From: a virus
Lineage: Duplodnaviria; Caudoviricetes
Strand: one strand, 5' to 3'
Length of the DNA: 63,441 nucleotides
IMG/VR virus record: IMGVR_UViG_3300035703_000091
Span: 1 to 63,441 of that record
The first letter of the stretch is position 1. Each line of letters starts with the position of its first letter. The notes under the pieces are model-generated. The model was not told where the DNA came from and made no database searches. It was given only the letters and a program-made list of their open reading frames with translations. Made by a program: the position numbers and the translations under genes. Shown here piece by piece: positions 8,378-16,135 of this stretch.

Positions 8378-9498
8378 AACTCACCATCCCCCAACCCCGC
8401 CTCGCCGCCGCCCTGTCCAAGGGCGGGGCGGTCGCGCCGAAGTCGCACGCCGCGCCGATCGTGACGAACCTGCGCCTGACCGCGATCGACGGCTTCCTGC
8501 TGATCGCCTCGACCGACATGGACCGCTTCGCCGAGGCGAAGACACCGGCCGGTGTCGACGCCACGGGCGACACGACCGTATCCGCCGCCGCGCTGACCGC
8601 CTTGGTCGGGCGCCTGCCGAAGGACAAGGACGTCGCCATCGAACTCGAGGGCGAGCACCTGATCGTCAAGTGCGGCCGGTCACGCTCGAAACTGCCGACC
8701 CTGTCGCCCAAGCTGTTCCCGTCATGGCTCGACGACGCAGCCAGCGTCGAGGTCGAGATGACAGGCGCCGATCTGGCCGACCGCTTCGGCCCGCCGCGGC
8801 CGATGTCCGAGCCGAACGGCCTGACCAACGTCATGCTTCAGGGCGTCCACGTCGCCGCCCAGGACGGCGTGATGCGCTTCGTCGCCACCAACCGCTACAT
8901 GGTGGCCATGGTCACGGCCGCGACCGACGTCTCTTTCGCCGGCGTGACCGTGCCGAACGAGACGGTCGACGCGGCCCTGCGCGTCTTCAAGAGTGAGGAG
9001 CGCGTCGTTCTCGCCGTGTCGAAGAACAAGGTCGAGTTCTCGAACCACGCCTACCGTCTCGGGTCCAAGCTGATCGCCGAGACCTATCCGCTGGCCCAGG
9101 TGCTCGGCTTCCTGTCGGCGCCGCCGGCGGGCACGATCACCGCGCCCCGCGCCGCCCTGATCGAGTCGATCGAGCGGGCCCGGTTGGGGATGGACGCCGA
9201 GGGCGTGCGCGCCGTCGTGTTGCTGATCCCGCGCGCCGAGACCGATCTCGAGGTCAAGGGCTTCAACTCCAACGGCGGCGAGGTGCGCGACGGGGTCGAG
9301 GTCGACACGACCGAGGGGTTCGAGTTCGCGGCATTCGACCCGCGCTATCTGCTGAACGTGCTGTCGGCCATGGACGGCGAGGAGGTCGAGATTCGCCAGT
9401 GCGACGATCGGATCAAGCATCTGATCGCCTCGCCGGCCAACCCCGACTTCCTGGGCCTGGTCGCGGCGGTGCGGTCGAACGCGGCGATGGCGGAGTAG
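8374..9498 (+). CDS. dnaN: DNA polymerase III beta sliding clamp homolog
   Basis: 374 aa; ASTDMD, LQGV, FVATNRY, SKLIAETYP, FDPRYLLNVL clamp motifs. Confidence 0.9.
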   Translation: MKLTIPQPRLAAALSKGGAVAPKSHAAPIVTNLRLTAIDGFLLIASTDMDRFAEAKTPAGVDATGDTTVSAAALTALVGRLPKDKDVAIELEGEHLIVKCGRSRSKLPTLSPKLFPSWLDDAASVEVEMTGADLADRFGPPRPMSEPNGLTNVMLQGVHVAAQDGVMRFVATNRYMVAMVTAATDVSFAGVTVPNETVDAALRVFKSEERVVLAVSKNKVEFSNHAYRLGSKLIAETYPLAQVLGFLSAPPAGTITAPRAALIESIERARLGMDAEGVRAVVLLIPRAETDLEVKGFNSNGGEVRDGVEVDTTEGFEFAAFDPRYLLNVLSAMDGEEVEIRQCDDRIKHLIASPANPDFLGLVAAVRSNAAMAE

Positions 9499-9501
9499 GT
9501 C

Positions 9502-9747
9502 ATGACCGCCGCTCTCGTCTCTCTCGCCTGGGTCGTGATGGACTTCCTCTGGTGGCTGAACAAGCCGCTGTGGCGGATGGCCTGCGCGCTCCACCTCGAG
9601 GTCCGTTACGGCTGGCCGCCCGAGCACGCATGGCCCTACACCGAAAGCCTGCTCGAACTGGCCGACGAGGCGCGCGACGAGTGGGGCTGCTTCTGGTTCT
9701 CGCCGGCCGATGCGGTCGAGGTGGATGCGGAGTATTGGGATGGCTAA
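9502..9747 (+). CDS. Hypothetical protein
   Basis: GGAG RBS, operon-contiguous; C-terminal SPADAVEVDAEYW. Confidence 0.6.
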   Translation: MTAALVSLAWVVMDFLWWLNKPLWRMACALHLEVRYGWPPEHAWPYTESLLELADEARDEWGCFWFSPADAVEVDAEYWDG

Positions 9748-10204
9748 GGCTCCCGCCCCCAAGAAGCCCAGCCGCGTCACCGTCCCGCCGCGGGCGCACC
9801 CGCTGGCCCGTCTCGTCTTCGCCGAGATGCAGCGGCAGGGCGTGACCTACGAGGAACTGTCCTTCCGGTCCAACGTCCTGCCGCACACCTTCAAGGCGTG
9901 GCGCACCGACAACACGCCGGGCCTGTCGACGATCGAGGCGTGCCTCGGCTCGCTCGGCTGGGCTCTCGTGCCGGTCCCGCGCTTCGAGGAGGTGCCGGAG
10001 AACGTGCGCGCGGGCGCCCGCGCCCTCGCGGCCGAGTGGCAGAACGAGAACCGCGTGCTGGCCGAAATCCTCGCGACGGTCTGCACCAAGCCGATCATCG
10101 TCAACACCGATGGCCCGGTCGTCGCCACCATCACGCCCCGCCGGCCGAAACGTCTGCGCGTCCATCCCGACCAGGCGGTTCTCTTCGAGGGGGAGGCCGC
10201 GTGA
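9740..10204 (+). CDS. XRE-type HTH protein
   Basis: EMQRQGVTYEELSFRSNV..TFKAWR..TPGLSTIEACLGSLG. Confidence 0.7.
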   Translation: MAKAPAPKKPSRVTVPPRAHPLARLVFAEMQRQGVTYEELSFRSNVLPHTFKAWRTDNTPGLSTIEACLGSLGWALVPVPRFEEVPENVRAGARALAAEWQNENRVLAEILATVCTKPIIVNTDGPVVATITPRRPKRLRVHPDQAVLFEGEAA

Positions 10205-10590
10205 GCCAGGTCGAGGAACAACTGCGGGCGGAGATCGCCTGGCTGAAAGAGCGCATCCGCGACCTGACGCGGGCGGAGGACTGGCAGGACATTCGCGCGG
10301 TCCTGAACTGCCGGCCGCAAGTCGCAAAGGTCATGGCCCTGCTCTGGGGTCGGACGGGAGTGTGGATTTCCTCGGAGGCCATCTACAAAGAGGTCTTCAT
10401 GAAACCGACCGGCGAGGGGCCCGAGACGAACGTCGTCTCGGTCTGCATCGCCCACCTTCGCGCCGCCCTGAAAGCGGCAGGGGGGCCGGCCGTCGAGAGC
10501 CGATACAAGACCGGCTACCGCTGCACCCCCGAACTCGCCGCCTGGATCGACGAGAAAGTGTTCGGCGCGACGGCGGAGGAGGCGGCGTGA
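10201..10590 (+). CDS. Second stand-alone OmpR/CtrA-type winged-helix protein
   Basis: Coiled-coil start, then PETNVVSVCIAHLRAALK..VESRYKTGYR. Confidence 0.75.
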   Translation: MSQVEEQLRAEIAWLKERIRDLTRAEDWQDIRAVLNCRPQVAKVMALLWGRTGVWISSEAIYKEVFMKPTGEGPETNVVSVCIAHLRAALKAAGGPAVESRYKTGYRCTPELAAWIDEKVFGATAEEAA

Positions 10591-10847
10591 ACGACCTCGT
10601 CCGCCAGATCATGCAGGCGTCCCACGAAGCCCACGGCGGGCCGTGTTGGACGTCGAAGCGCCGCGGCACATACGTCGCCCAAGCGATCACCGGGATCGCA
10701 GCGCGCAATCTGGCGCCGATCATCGGTCGCAGCCGTGCGGCGACCTATAAGGCGTGCGCCGAGACCGCACGCCGCCTTCGCTCCGATCCTGACGAGGTCG
10801 CCGTCGTGCAGCCGCTTATGGAGGCGTTCTTGGAGCACGCGCGATGA
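10587..10847 (+). CDS. Hypothetical protein, weak resemblance to DnaA domain IV HTH
   Basis: GTG coupled start; LAPIIGRSRAATYKAC. Confidence 0.5.
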   Translation: MNDLVRQIMQASHEAHGGPCWTSKRRGTYVAQAITGIAARNLAPIIGRSRAATYKACAETARRLRSDPDEVAVVQPLMEAFLEHAR

Positions 10848-11041
10848 AGCAGGCGCGCAAAGGCTGGGGCGCGCAGCGCCAGAGCGAGTGCGGCGGGAAG
10901 AAACGCTATCGCACCTGGGAGCAGGCCAGCCTCACCCGCCGCACGCGGATGACCTACGGAGCCGATGACCTCCGCATTTACGAGTGCCGGTTCTGTGCCG
11001 GATTTCATTTGACGAAACAACGAGTTAAGGACGCAATATGA
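10844..11041 (+). CDS. Small Zn-ribbon phage protein
   Basis: CGGKKRY...YECRFCAGFHLT. Confidence 0.7.
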   Translation: MKQARKGWGAQRQSECGGKKRYRTWEQASLTRRTRMTYGADDLRIYECRFCAGFHLTKQRVKDAI

Positions 11042-11448
11042 GCCAGATGAATCTAGAAATCGTAGCCGCAGGCAACGTCCTCCGTGACGCCGCCTTCGGC
11101 GCGTCGTCGGCCGCCGGTTGGTGGCGCAAGGGCGAGGAAGACCTCACCGAGGCGGCGCGCAACGGCGGGCTTTGGGGTGGCGCCCTCGTCGCCCAAAAGC
11201 TGTGCCTGATCCACTCCGAGATCAGCGAGGCCATGGAAGGCCACCGCAAGGGCCTGATGGACGACAAGCTGCCGCATCGCTCGATGATCGAGGTCGAACT
11301 GGCCGACGCCGTCATCCGCATCGCCGATCTGGCCGGTGCTCTGAACCTCGATCTGGGCGGCGCCATCGCGGAGAAGATGGCCTTCAACGCCGTGCGGCCG
11401 GACCACAAACCGGAGGCCCGCGAAGCGGCCGGCGGGAAGGCGTACTGA
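11038..11448 (+). CDS. MazG-like nucleotide pyrophosphohydrolase
   Basis: LIHSEISEAMEGHRK...EVELADAVIRIADL...EKMAFN. Confidence 0.85.
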   Translation: MSQMNLEIVAAGNVLRDAAFGASSAAGWWRKGEEDLTEAARNGGLWGGALVAQKLCLIHSEISEAMEGHRKGLMDDKLPHRSMIEVELADAVIRIADLAGALNLDLGGAIAEKMAFNAVRPDHKPEAREAAGGKAY

Positions 11449-11576
11449 TGACCCCCCTCCTCGCTCTCCTGCCTCTCATCGGCGTGCTCGCCGCCTGGGC
11501 CGGCTACGAACTCTACGAGCGCGGCTACCGCCGCGGCTTCAAGGACGCCGAACTGATCTGGCGGAGAGACCGATGA
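11448..11576 (+). CDS. Small membrane protein (42 aa)
   Basis: Coupled start; hydrophobic N-terminus then YERGYRRG. Confidence 0.55.
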   Translation: MTPLLALLPLIGVLAAWAGYELYERGYRRGFKDAELIWRRDR

Positions 11577-11788
11577 CGCCGCGCCAGAAGGCCGACACCC
11601 TCGCGCTCGAGTTCCTCCGCGACGAAGGCCCGCACACCATGCCGAGCCCGCTCGAGACGGTCGAGGCGATCGCCGCGGCCATCGTCTTTCTCGATCTCAT
11701 GAAGGAGGGACTCGTGTCGAAGATCGACTTCGGCGGCGGGCGTGTCCAGTTCGCGATCACCGAGGCCGGGCGGCGGAGGTTGGGATGA
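11573..11788 (+). CDS. Hypothetical protein (possible winged helix)
   Basis: LMKEGLV...FAITEAGR. Confidence 0.6.
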   Translation: MTPRQKADTLALEFLRDEGPHTMPSPLETVEAIAAAIVFLDLMKEGLVSKIDFGGGRVQFAITEAGRRRLG

Positions 11789-12165
11789 CGAGCCCGCCCC
11801 TTCGCATCCTTGTCTGCGGCGGCCGGGATTTCGCCGATCGCGACTTCGTATTCCGCACCCTCGATCAGTTGACGATCGAGGAGGGCGAGATGATGCCGCG
11901 CAACGGCACGGTCATCATCCACGGCGACTGCCCCACAGGCGCGGATCGCTGGGCCGACGAGTGGGCCGTGGTGAACTGGACGCCGGTCGAGCCCTATCCC
12001 GCCGATTGGTCGGCACTTGGTCTCTCGGCGGGCCCGAGCCGTAACGCGCGCATGTTGACCGAGGGTTGTCCTGATCTGGTGCTGGCCTTCCCAGGCGGCC
12101 GCGGGACGGCAGACATGATCGGCCGGGCCAACAAGGCAGGCGTGCCGGTGAAGATCGCATCATGA
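11785..12165 (+). CDS. YspA/SLOG family protein (DUF2493)
   Basis: RILVCGGRDF, IIHGDCPTGAD, AGPSRNARM, AFPGGRGTADM. Confidence 0.85.
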   Translation: MTSPPLRILVCGGRDFADRDFVFRTLDQLTIEEGEMMPRNGTVIIHGDCPTGADRWADEWAVVNWTPVEPYPADWSALGLSAGPSRNARMLTEGCPDLVLAFPGGRGTADMIGRANKAGVPVKIAS

Positions 12166-12383
12166 CCGCCCCCGCCTTCACCGAACGCGATCTCGAGAAG
12201 GCGCTGAAGGCGACACAGGCCGCCGGACTGACCATCACCCGCATTGACGTGAACCGTCATACCGGGCTTATTTCCATCATCACGGCGGACGGCCAGCCCT
12301 CCGCACCCACCCAAGAGCGAGACGAGATCGGAGAGTGGCTTGACCGACATTCCGATGAAGGGCGTTCACCGCGTCGTCGCTAA
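12162..12383 (+). CDS. Small protein overlapping int start (possible excisionase/RDF)
   Basis: Position immediately upstream of and overlapping the integrase. Confidence 0.5.
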   Translation: MTAPAFTERDLEKALKATQAAGLTITRIDVNRHTGLISIITADGQPSAPTQERDEIGEWLDRHSDEGRSPRRR

Positions 12384-13368
12384 GGGCCGGACCTATTGGT
12401 ACGCCGAGCGCGGCGGGCCGCGCCTGCCGGGCGAGCCCGGCTCCCGCGAGTTCCTCGAGGCGCTGATCGCCTTCCGCCAGCGGCCGGAGGAGAGCCGGAC
12501 GATCCGGCGCCTCGTGGTCGACTACAAGGCCAGCGACGACTTCGCGCGCCTGTCCGAGACCACGAAGAAGACCTACACACCCTGGTTCGACCGGATCAGC
12601 GACGGACTCGGCCGGCTGTCGATCAAGTCCTTCAACGACCCGCGCATCCGCAAGGTCATCAAGAAGTGGCGCTCGGAGTGGAAGGACACGCCGCGCCAGG
12701 CCGACACGGGCAAGCAGGTCTTGAGCGTGATCCTCTCCTACGCTGTCGAGAACGGGTCGCTGATGACGAACCCGTGCTTCGGCATCTCCAACCTCTACGA
12801 GGCCGACCGCTCGGGCCTGATCTGGCTCCCCGAGGACATCGACCTGTTCGCCAAGCACAGCAGCAAGGAGTTCATGTTCGCCCTGCGGCTGGCCACGCTG
12901 ACGGGCCTGCGGAAGTCCGACCTGCTGCGCCTCGAGTGGCGGCACGTCGGGGAGAAGTCGATCGACCTGCCGACCGGCAAGTCCAAGGGCCGACTGTCTT
13001 ACGAGGTGCCGCTCTACGGCGAACTGCGCGACCTTCTGGCCGAGATCAAGGCGCATTGGTCGGGGCGCAAGGTGCGGCCGCTCACGGTCCTCGGCGGCGA
13101 GCGGGGTCATGCGTGGACGCCGAACGGCTTCGGCACGGCGTGGCAGCGGGCCAGGGTGGCCGTCGAGACCGCCGGCGACATCGAGTGGCATCTGACCTTC
13201 CACGACGCCCGCGGCACAGCCGCGACCAAGTACGCCGGCCTCGGCTTCTCCGACGAAGAGATCGCCGAGATGGTCGGCTGGGAGAAGACCGAGGTGACGA
13301 AGATCGTCGACCGCTACGTCAGGAAGGGCGCGCGGCTGAAGGCGAAGATCGAGCGGTTGGGGGGTTAA
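12340..13368 (+). CDS. int: Tyrosine integrase
   Basis: TGLRKSDL, KSK, FHDARGT, GW, RY catalytic residues. Confidence 0.92.
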   Translation: MTDIPMKGVHRVVAKGRTYWYAERGGPRLPGEPGSREFLEALIAFRQRPEESRTIRRLVVDYKASDDFARLSETTKKTYTPWFDRISDGLGRLSIKSFNDPRIRKVIKKWRSEWKDTPRQADTGKQVLSVILSYAVENGSLMTNPCFGISNLYEADRSGLIWLPEDIDLFAKHSSKEFMFALRLATLTGLRKSDLLRLEWRHVGEKSIDLPTGKSKGRLSYEVPLYGELRDLLAEIKAHWSGRKVRPLTVLGGERGHAWTPNGFGTAWQRARVAVETAGDIEWHLTFHDARGTAATKYAGLGFSDEEIAEMVGWEKTEVTKIVDRYVRKGARLKAKIERLGG

Positions 13369-13616
13369 CGAATAAGTCCTGCGGCGTGGTAATGCTCGTC
13401 CCACCGGGCGTCATGCGCCGCTTTCTGCTCCGCCTTCTCGTCAGCGTTCAGCCAGCCGCGCTCCGCTGCGGCCCTTGGCCACCCATCGCGCATCCGCTCG
13501 ACGGCCTTCCGCTCGCGCTGGGTCCGGCAGTTGCCGCACTTCCCGTCATAGGCGCTGGCCTTGCCACGCCTACATCTACAGGTCTTGCCGGCCATGGGGT
13601 GAGGGGCGTCGGTCAC
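13365..13616 (-). CDS. Hypothetical Cys-rich protein
   Basis: CRC...CGNC; coupled GTG start. Confidence 0.55.
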   Translation of the reverse strand: MTDAPHPMAGKTCRCRRGKASAYDGKCGNCRTQRERKAVERMRDGWPRAAAERGWLNADEKAEQKAAHDARWDEHYHAAGLIR

Positions 13617-13819
13617 GGGTTCGTCTCCGGCGGATCGGGCGGATAGATGCCGTCGATCATCGCGAGAATGATCTCCCGAATCTCCTCGTCCGTCGTCGCC
13701 CCGCGCGTGGCGCGGCGCAGGTTCCGGCCCTTGAGGGCGACCCTGCATTGGTGGACGCCGCCGTAACCGCTGTCGCGCAGGGCTGTGACCTGTTCGGCTG
13801 ATGGATCGAAGCGGCTCAT
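13613..13819 (-). CDS. Hypothetical protein
   Basis: Coupled overlaps within leftward operon. Confidence 0.55.
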   Translation of the reverse strand: MSRFDPSAEQVTALRDSGYGGVHQCRVALKGRNLRRATRGATTDEEIREIILAMIDGIYPPDPPETNP

Positions 13820-14028
13820 CCCGGCATCCTGTCCTGAAGTTCCTGGGGCGTGCGGGCGACCGTGACCGCGCTCACGCGGCGACCGCGCACGTCAGACAGC
13901 ATCTCCGCCCGCCCCTCCGACCTGGCGGCGTCGAGGAGGCGGTTGAGGTGTTCGTCGCTGTGAACGTCGAATGATCGGTCGCCGAACAGCCGATCGCACA
14001 GCGCCTTGTTCTCTGCGGAGAGGGTCAT
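13816..14028 (-). CDS. Hypothetical protein
   Basis: ATGA coupling; MTLSAENKAL...LNRLLDAARSEGR. Confidence 0.55.
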   Translation of the reverse strand: MTLSAENKALCDRLFGDRSFDVHSDEHLNRLLDAARSEGRAEMLSDVRGRRVSAVTVARTPQELQDRMPG

Positions 14029-14222
14029 CGGCCTCGAGCCTCCATCATGGCGTCGGCGATGCGGTAGCAGGAATCGCCGAGTTTTTGCTGAAGTCCCTCG
14101 CTCCGAATGTCGGGATTCGACAGCAGCCCCGTCAGAGCCGCCATGGCGAACTCGTCGCGGAGGTGGGTGTCGGCGGGGCGGCGGGCGTTGCGGTCGGCCA
14201 GTTCTCGAAGGGAGTCGGTCAT
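14025..14222 (-). CDS. Conserved phage hypothetical protein
   Basis: LRDEFAMAALTGLL...YRIADAMMEAR, a motif common in small phage proteins. Confidence 0.7.
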   Translation of the reverse strand: MTDSLRELADRNARRPADTHLRDEFAMAALTGLLSNPDIRSEGLQQKLGDSCYRIADAMMEARGR

Positions 14223-14614
14223 TGGGCGGGCTCCGCCTCGATCGCGCGCCGGATGATCTCGCGCCCCTCGTCGTTGTGGTGGATCGTGCCGGCAGCGGCC
14301 ATGGCGACATACTCGTTGCTGACGGCGCGGCTGTCTCCCGGCTCCATCTTGCCGAGGCGGATCAGGGCCAGGTCCAGCGCCGCACGCAGATCGTCCCGCT
14401 GCCTCTTCAGGTGCCGGCGGGCCACGTCGTCGCAGCACTTCGGGGAAAACTCCGGCGCTTCGTCTTCGTGCAGCATGGACACCCCTGACACGGGGTCGAC
14501 GCGATCATTCGCCTCGGACTTGGTGTAGCGGCCGGCTTCGTCCCTGATCCCGGTGTAGCCGGAAGAGTTCGGGCGATAGTAGAGCCCGCGCTTCATGAGG
14601 AGGTAGTGGCTCAC
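14219..14614 (-). CDS. Hypothetical protein
   Basis: GTG coupled start; YYRPNSSGYTG..EAGRY. Confidence 0.65.
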   Translation of the reverse strand: MSHYLLMKRGLYYRPNSSGYTGIRDEAGRYTKSEANDRVDPVSGVSMLHEDEAPEFSPKCCDDVARRHLKRQRDDLRAALDLALIRLGKMEPGDSRAVSNEYVAMAAAGTIHHNDEGREIIRRAIEAEPAQ

Positions 14615-15117
14615 GACGCAGTCTCCCCTTCGACCTTCACATGCCGCGACGTCAGCCCGTCGTAGGACTCGATCTCCGCCTCGAGCGCGCGGACCTCGGC
14701 CTCCAAGATGACGCGGCGCCCCGTCGCCGGGCTGCACGGCCGCGAAACCACCTTCCGCGCCGCATCGAGCAGCGGGCCGAAGGTGTCCTTGCGGTCGTCT
14801 TCGACGATCTGCTGGACGTGATCGTTGAAGTAGGAGATCACCACATCGGCCGGATAGGTGGCCTTCGACAGCACGCCGCCCGTGACCTCGGAGATGATCT
14901 TCGGGACGTGCTCGCACACCATCTGGTGATCGCGCAGTTCGGCGGCGACGTCGTCGCGCGTCAGTTCGCGGTCGTCGTAGAGGCCGGCGAGCCAGTCGAA
15001 GGCGCGGAGCGCCTCGATCGCGCGGGTCATGACGGCGTAGTCGGTGTCGGTCTTGTCGGGCGTCGCCAACAGGTTCTTGTTGCGGATCGCCTCGAGGCGG
15101 GTGGCCAGGTCGGTCAT
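14611..15117 (-). CDS. Hypothetical protein
   Basis: GAGGA RBS; first gene after the 15177 promoter. Confidence 0.7.
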   Translation of the reverse strand: MTDLATRLEAIRNKNLLATPDKTDTDYAVMTRAIEALRAFDWLAGLYDDRELTRDDVAAELRDHQMVCEHVPKIISEVTGGVLSKATYPADVVISYFNDHVQQIVEDDRKDTFGPLLDAARKVVSRPCSPATGRRVILEAEVRALEAEIESYDGLTSRHVKVEGETAS

Positions 15118-15149
15118 CTAAAATCCTCTCGTGCTGAAAAAGCACGATG

Positions 15150-15186
15150 ACCATACACCGGATCATTCCAGTGTCAACGGACAAAG
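15150..15186 (-). promoter_or_regulatory. Leftward promoter
   Basis: TTTGTCCG-TTGACA-(CTGGAATGATCCGGTG)-TATGGT. Confidence 0.7.
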
Positions 15187-15201
15187 CGGAAACAGATCAA
15201 A

Positions 15202-15407
15202 TGTAAAACTGCTGTAAAACTGCTCCGCATACGGAGCGCAGACCACCGCTAAGTCATTGAAATGATGGAGCGGGCGAAGGGAATCGAACCCTCGACATAC
15301 AGCTTGGGAAATCTTACGTCTGGAAGGAATCGCAAGGACTTACGGTGTAAACTTGGCCGATCTAAGCCCTTGGAGACGCTAGGGTCGGCCGCGGCGCTGT
15401 AAAACTG
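15202..15407. promoter_or_regulatory. attP arm region: integrase arm-type repeats and IHF-like site
   Basis: TGTAAAACTGC tandem at 15202-15223, TGTAAACT at 15346, TGTAAAACTG at 15398; TTTCAATGACTTA (minus, 15250-15262) is 1 mismatch from WATCAANNNNTTR. Confidence 0.7.
15266..15310 (-). other. attP core = 3' half of tRNA-Gly(CCC)
   Basis: Minus strand TTCCCAAGCTGTATGTCGAGGGTTCGATTCCCTTCGCCCGCTCCA: anticodon loop, T-arm, acceptor 3' strand and CCA; 5' half absent. Confidence 0.88.
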
Positions 15408-16093
15408 TGCGGCCAGGCCGGGTAGGATATATCCGGCACAAATCGGTTGTTCTTCTTCCGGTTTTCGTCCGCCGTGATGATCCTCAGATTCCAAGGAACG
15501 TGAAGGCCGCAGACCTCTCGACCTAGTAGTGGGATCATGTGGTCGACGTGATGGCGCACGCCGGTTGCCTCGGTCAGGATGCGGGCCTCATCGTAGATCG
15601 CGATGATCTGAGCCCTTTGAATGTCGCTCAGAGGCAGCGTTTGGCGGATGATCGCTTGCTGAGATCGCTTTTTCATGCGGCGCCGAGCCAGTCGCACGGA
15701 GTCGGCGTTTTGGGCTGCATAGTTCCGCTGGTAGGCCCTAGCCTCCTCTCGAGTCCTTTCGCGGTGGTCCATCTTCACCCGCATCCAGGTCTCAGGATTT
15801 TCCGCTCGCCACTTGCGACACCGCGCTCGATCACATGAACGGCATAGCGTCGAGCGCCCGTCCTTCGCCTTGCGATTTACAGTGTAGGCGCTCAAAGGGT
15901 GCTCTGCACGGCACCTCGAGCACATCTTCGTCGGCTCCGGTGCCGGGGGCGGTGGCTGCGACCTTATTTTGGCCCGCCGCGCTCTTTGGTAGTCAGCAAA
16001 GCATCTCTTGCAATACGGCCCCGCCGCGCCGGCTCTGACCGTAAACGCCTCAACCGGCTTCTCTTCGCCGCATCTGCTGCACAGCTTCAGCAT
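15362..16093 (-). CDS. HNH endonuclease with two N-terminal Zn-finger repeats
   Basis: CSRC..CKRC and CSRC..CRSC; HHVDHMIPL...CGLHVPWNL...ENRKKNN. Confidence 0.88.
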   Translation of the reverse strand: MLKLCSRCGEEKPVEAFTVRAGAAGPYCKRCFADYQRARRAKIRSQPPPPAPEPTKMCSRCRAEHPLSAYTVNRKAKDGRSTLCRSCDRARCRKWRAENPETWMRVKMDHRERTREEARAYQRNYAAQNADSVRLARRRMKKRSQQAIIRQTLPLSDIQRAQIIAIYDEARILTEATGVRHHVDHMIPLLGREVCGLHVPWNLRIITADENRKKNNRFVPDISYPAWPHSFTAPRPTLASPRA

Positions 16094-16097
16094 CCAT

Positions 16098-16135
16098 AAA
16101 TAGGAAACGCCCCCGATCCGAAGACCGAGGGCGTT
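16098..16135 (-). terminator. Terminator-like hairpin ending the candidate ncRNA
   Basis: AACGCCCTCGGTC-TTCG-GATCGGGGGCGTT then TCCTATTT (13-bp stem, 2 G-U pairs, imperfect U tract). Confidence 0.7.

Noticed and set aside
15266-15340. Complete tRNA-Gly gene
   Set aside because: Only the anticodon loop to CCA is present; upstream sequence has no D-arm or 5' acceptor strand, so it is an att core
15362-16093. IscB/TnpB or IS element
   Set aside because: No RuvC motifs, PLMP start or transposase; only Zn fingers plus HNH
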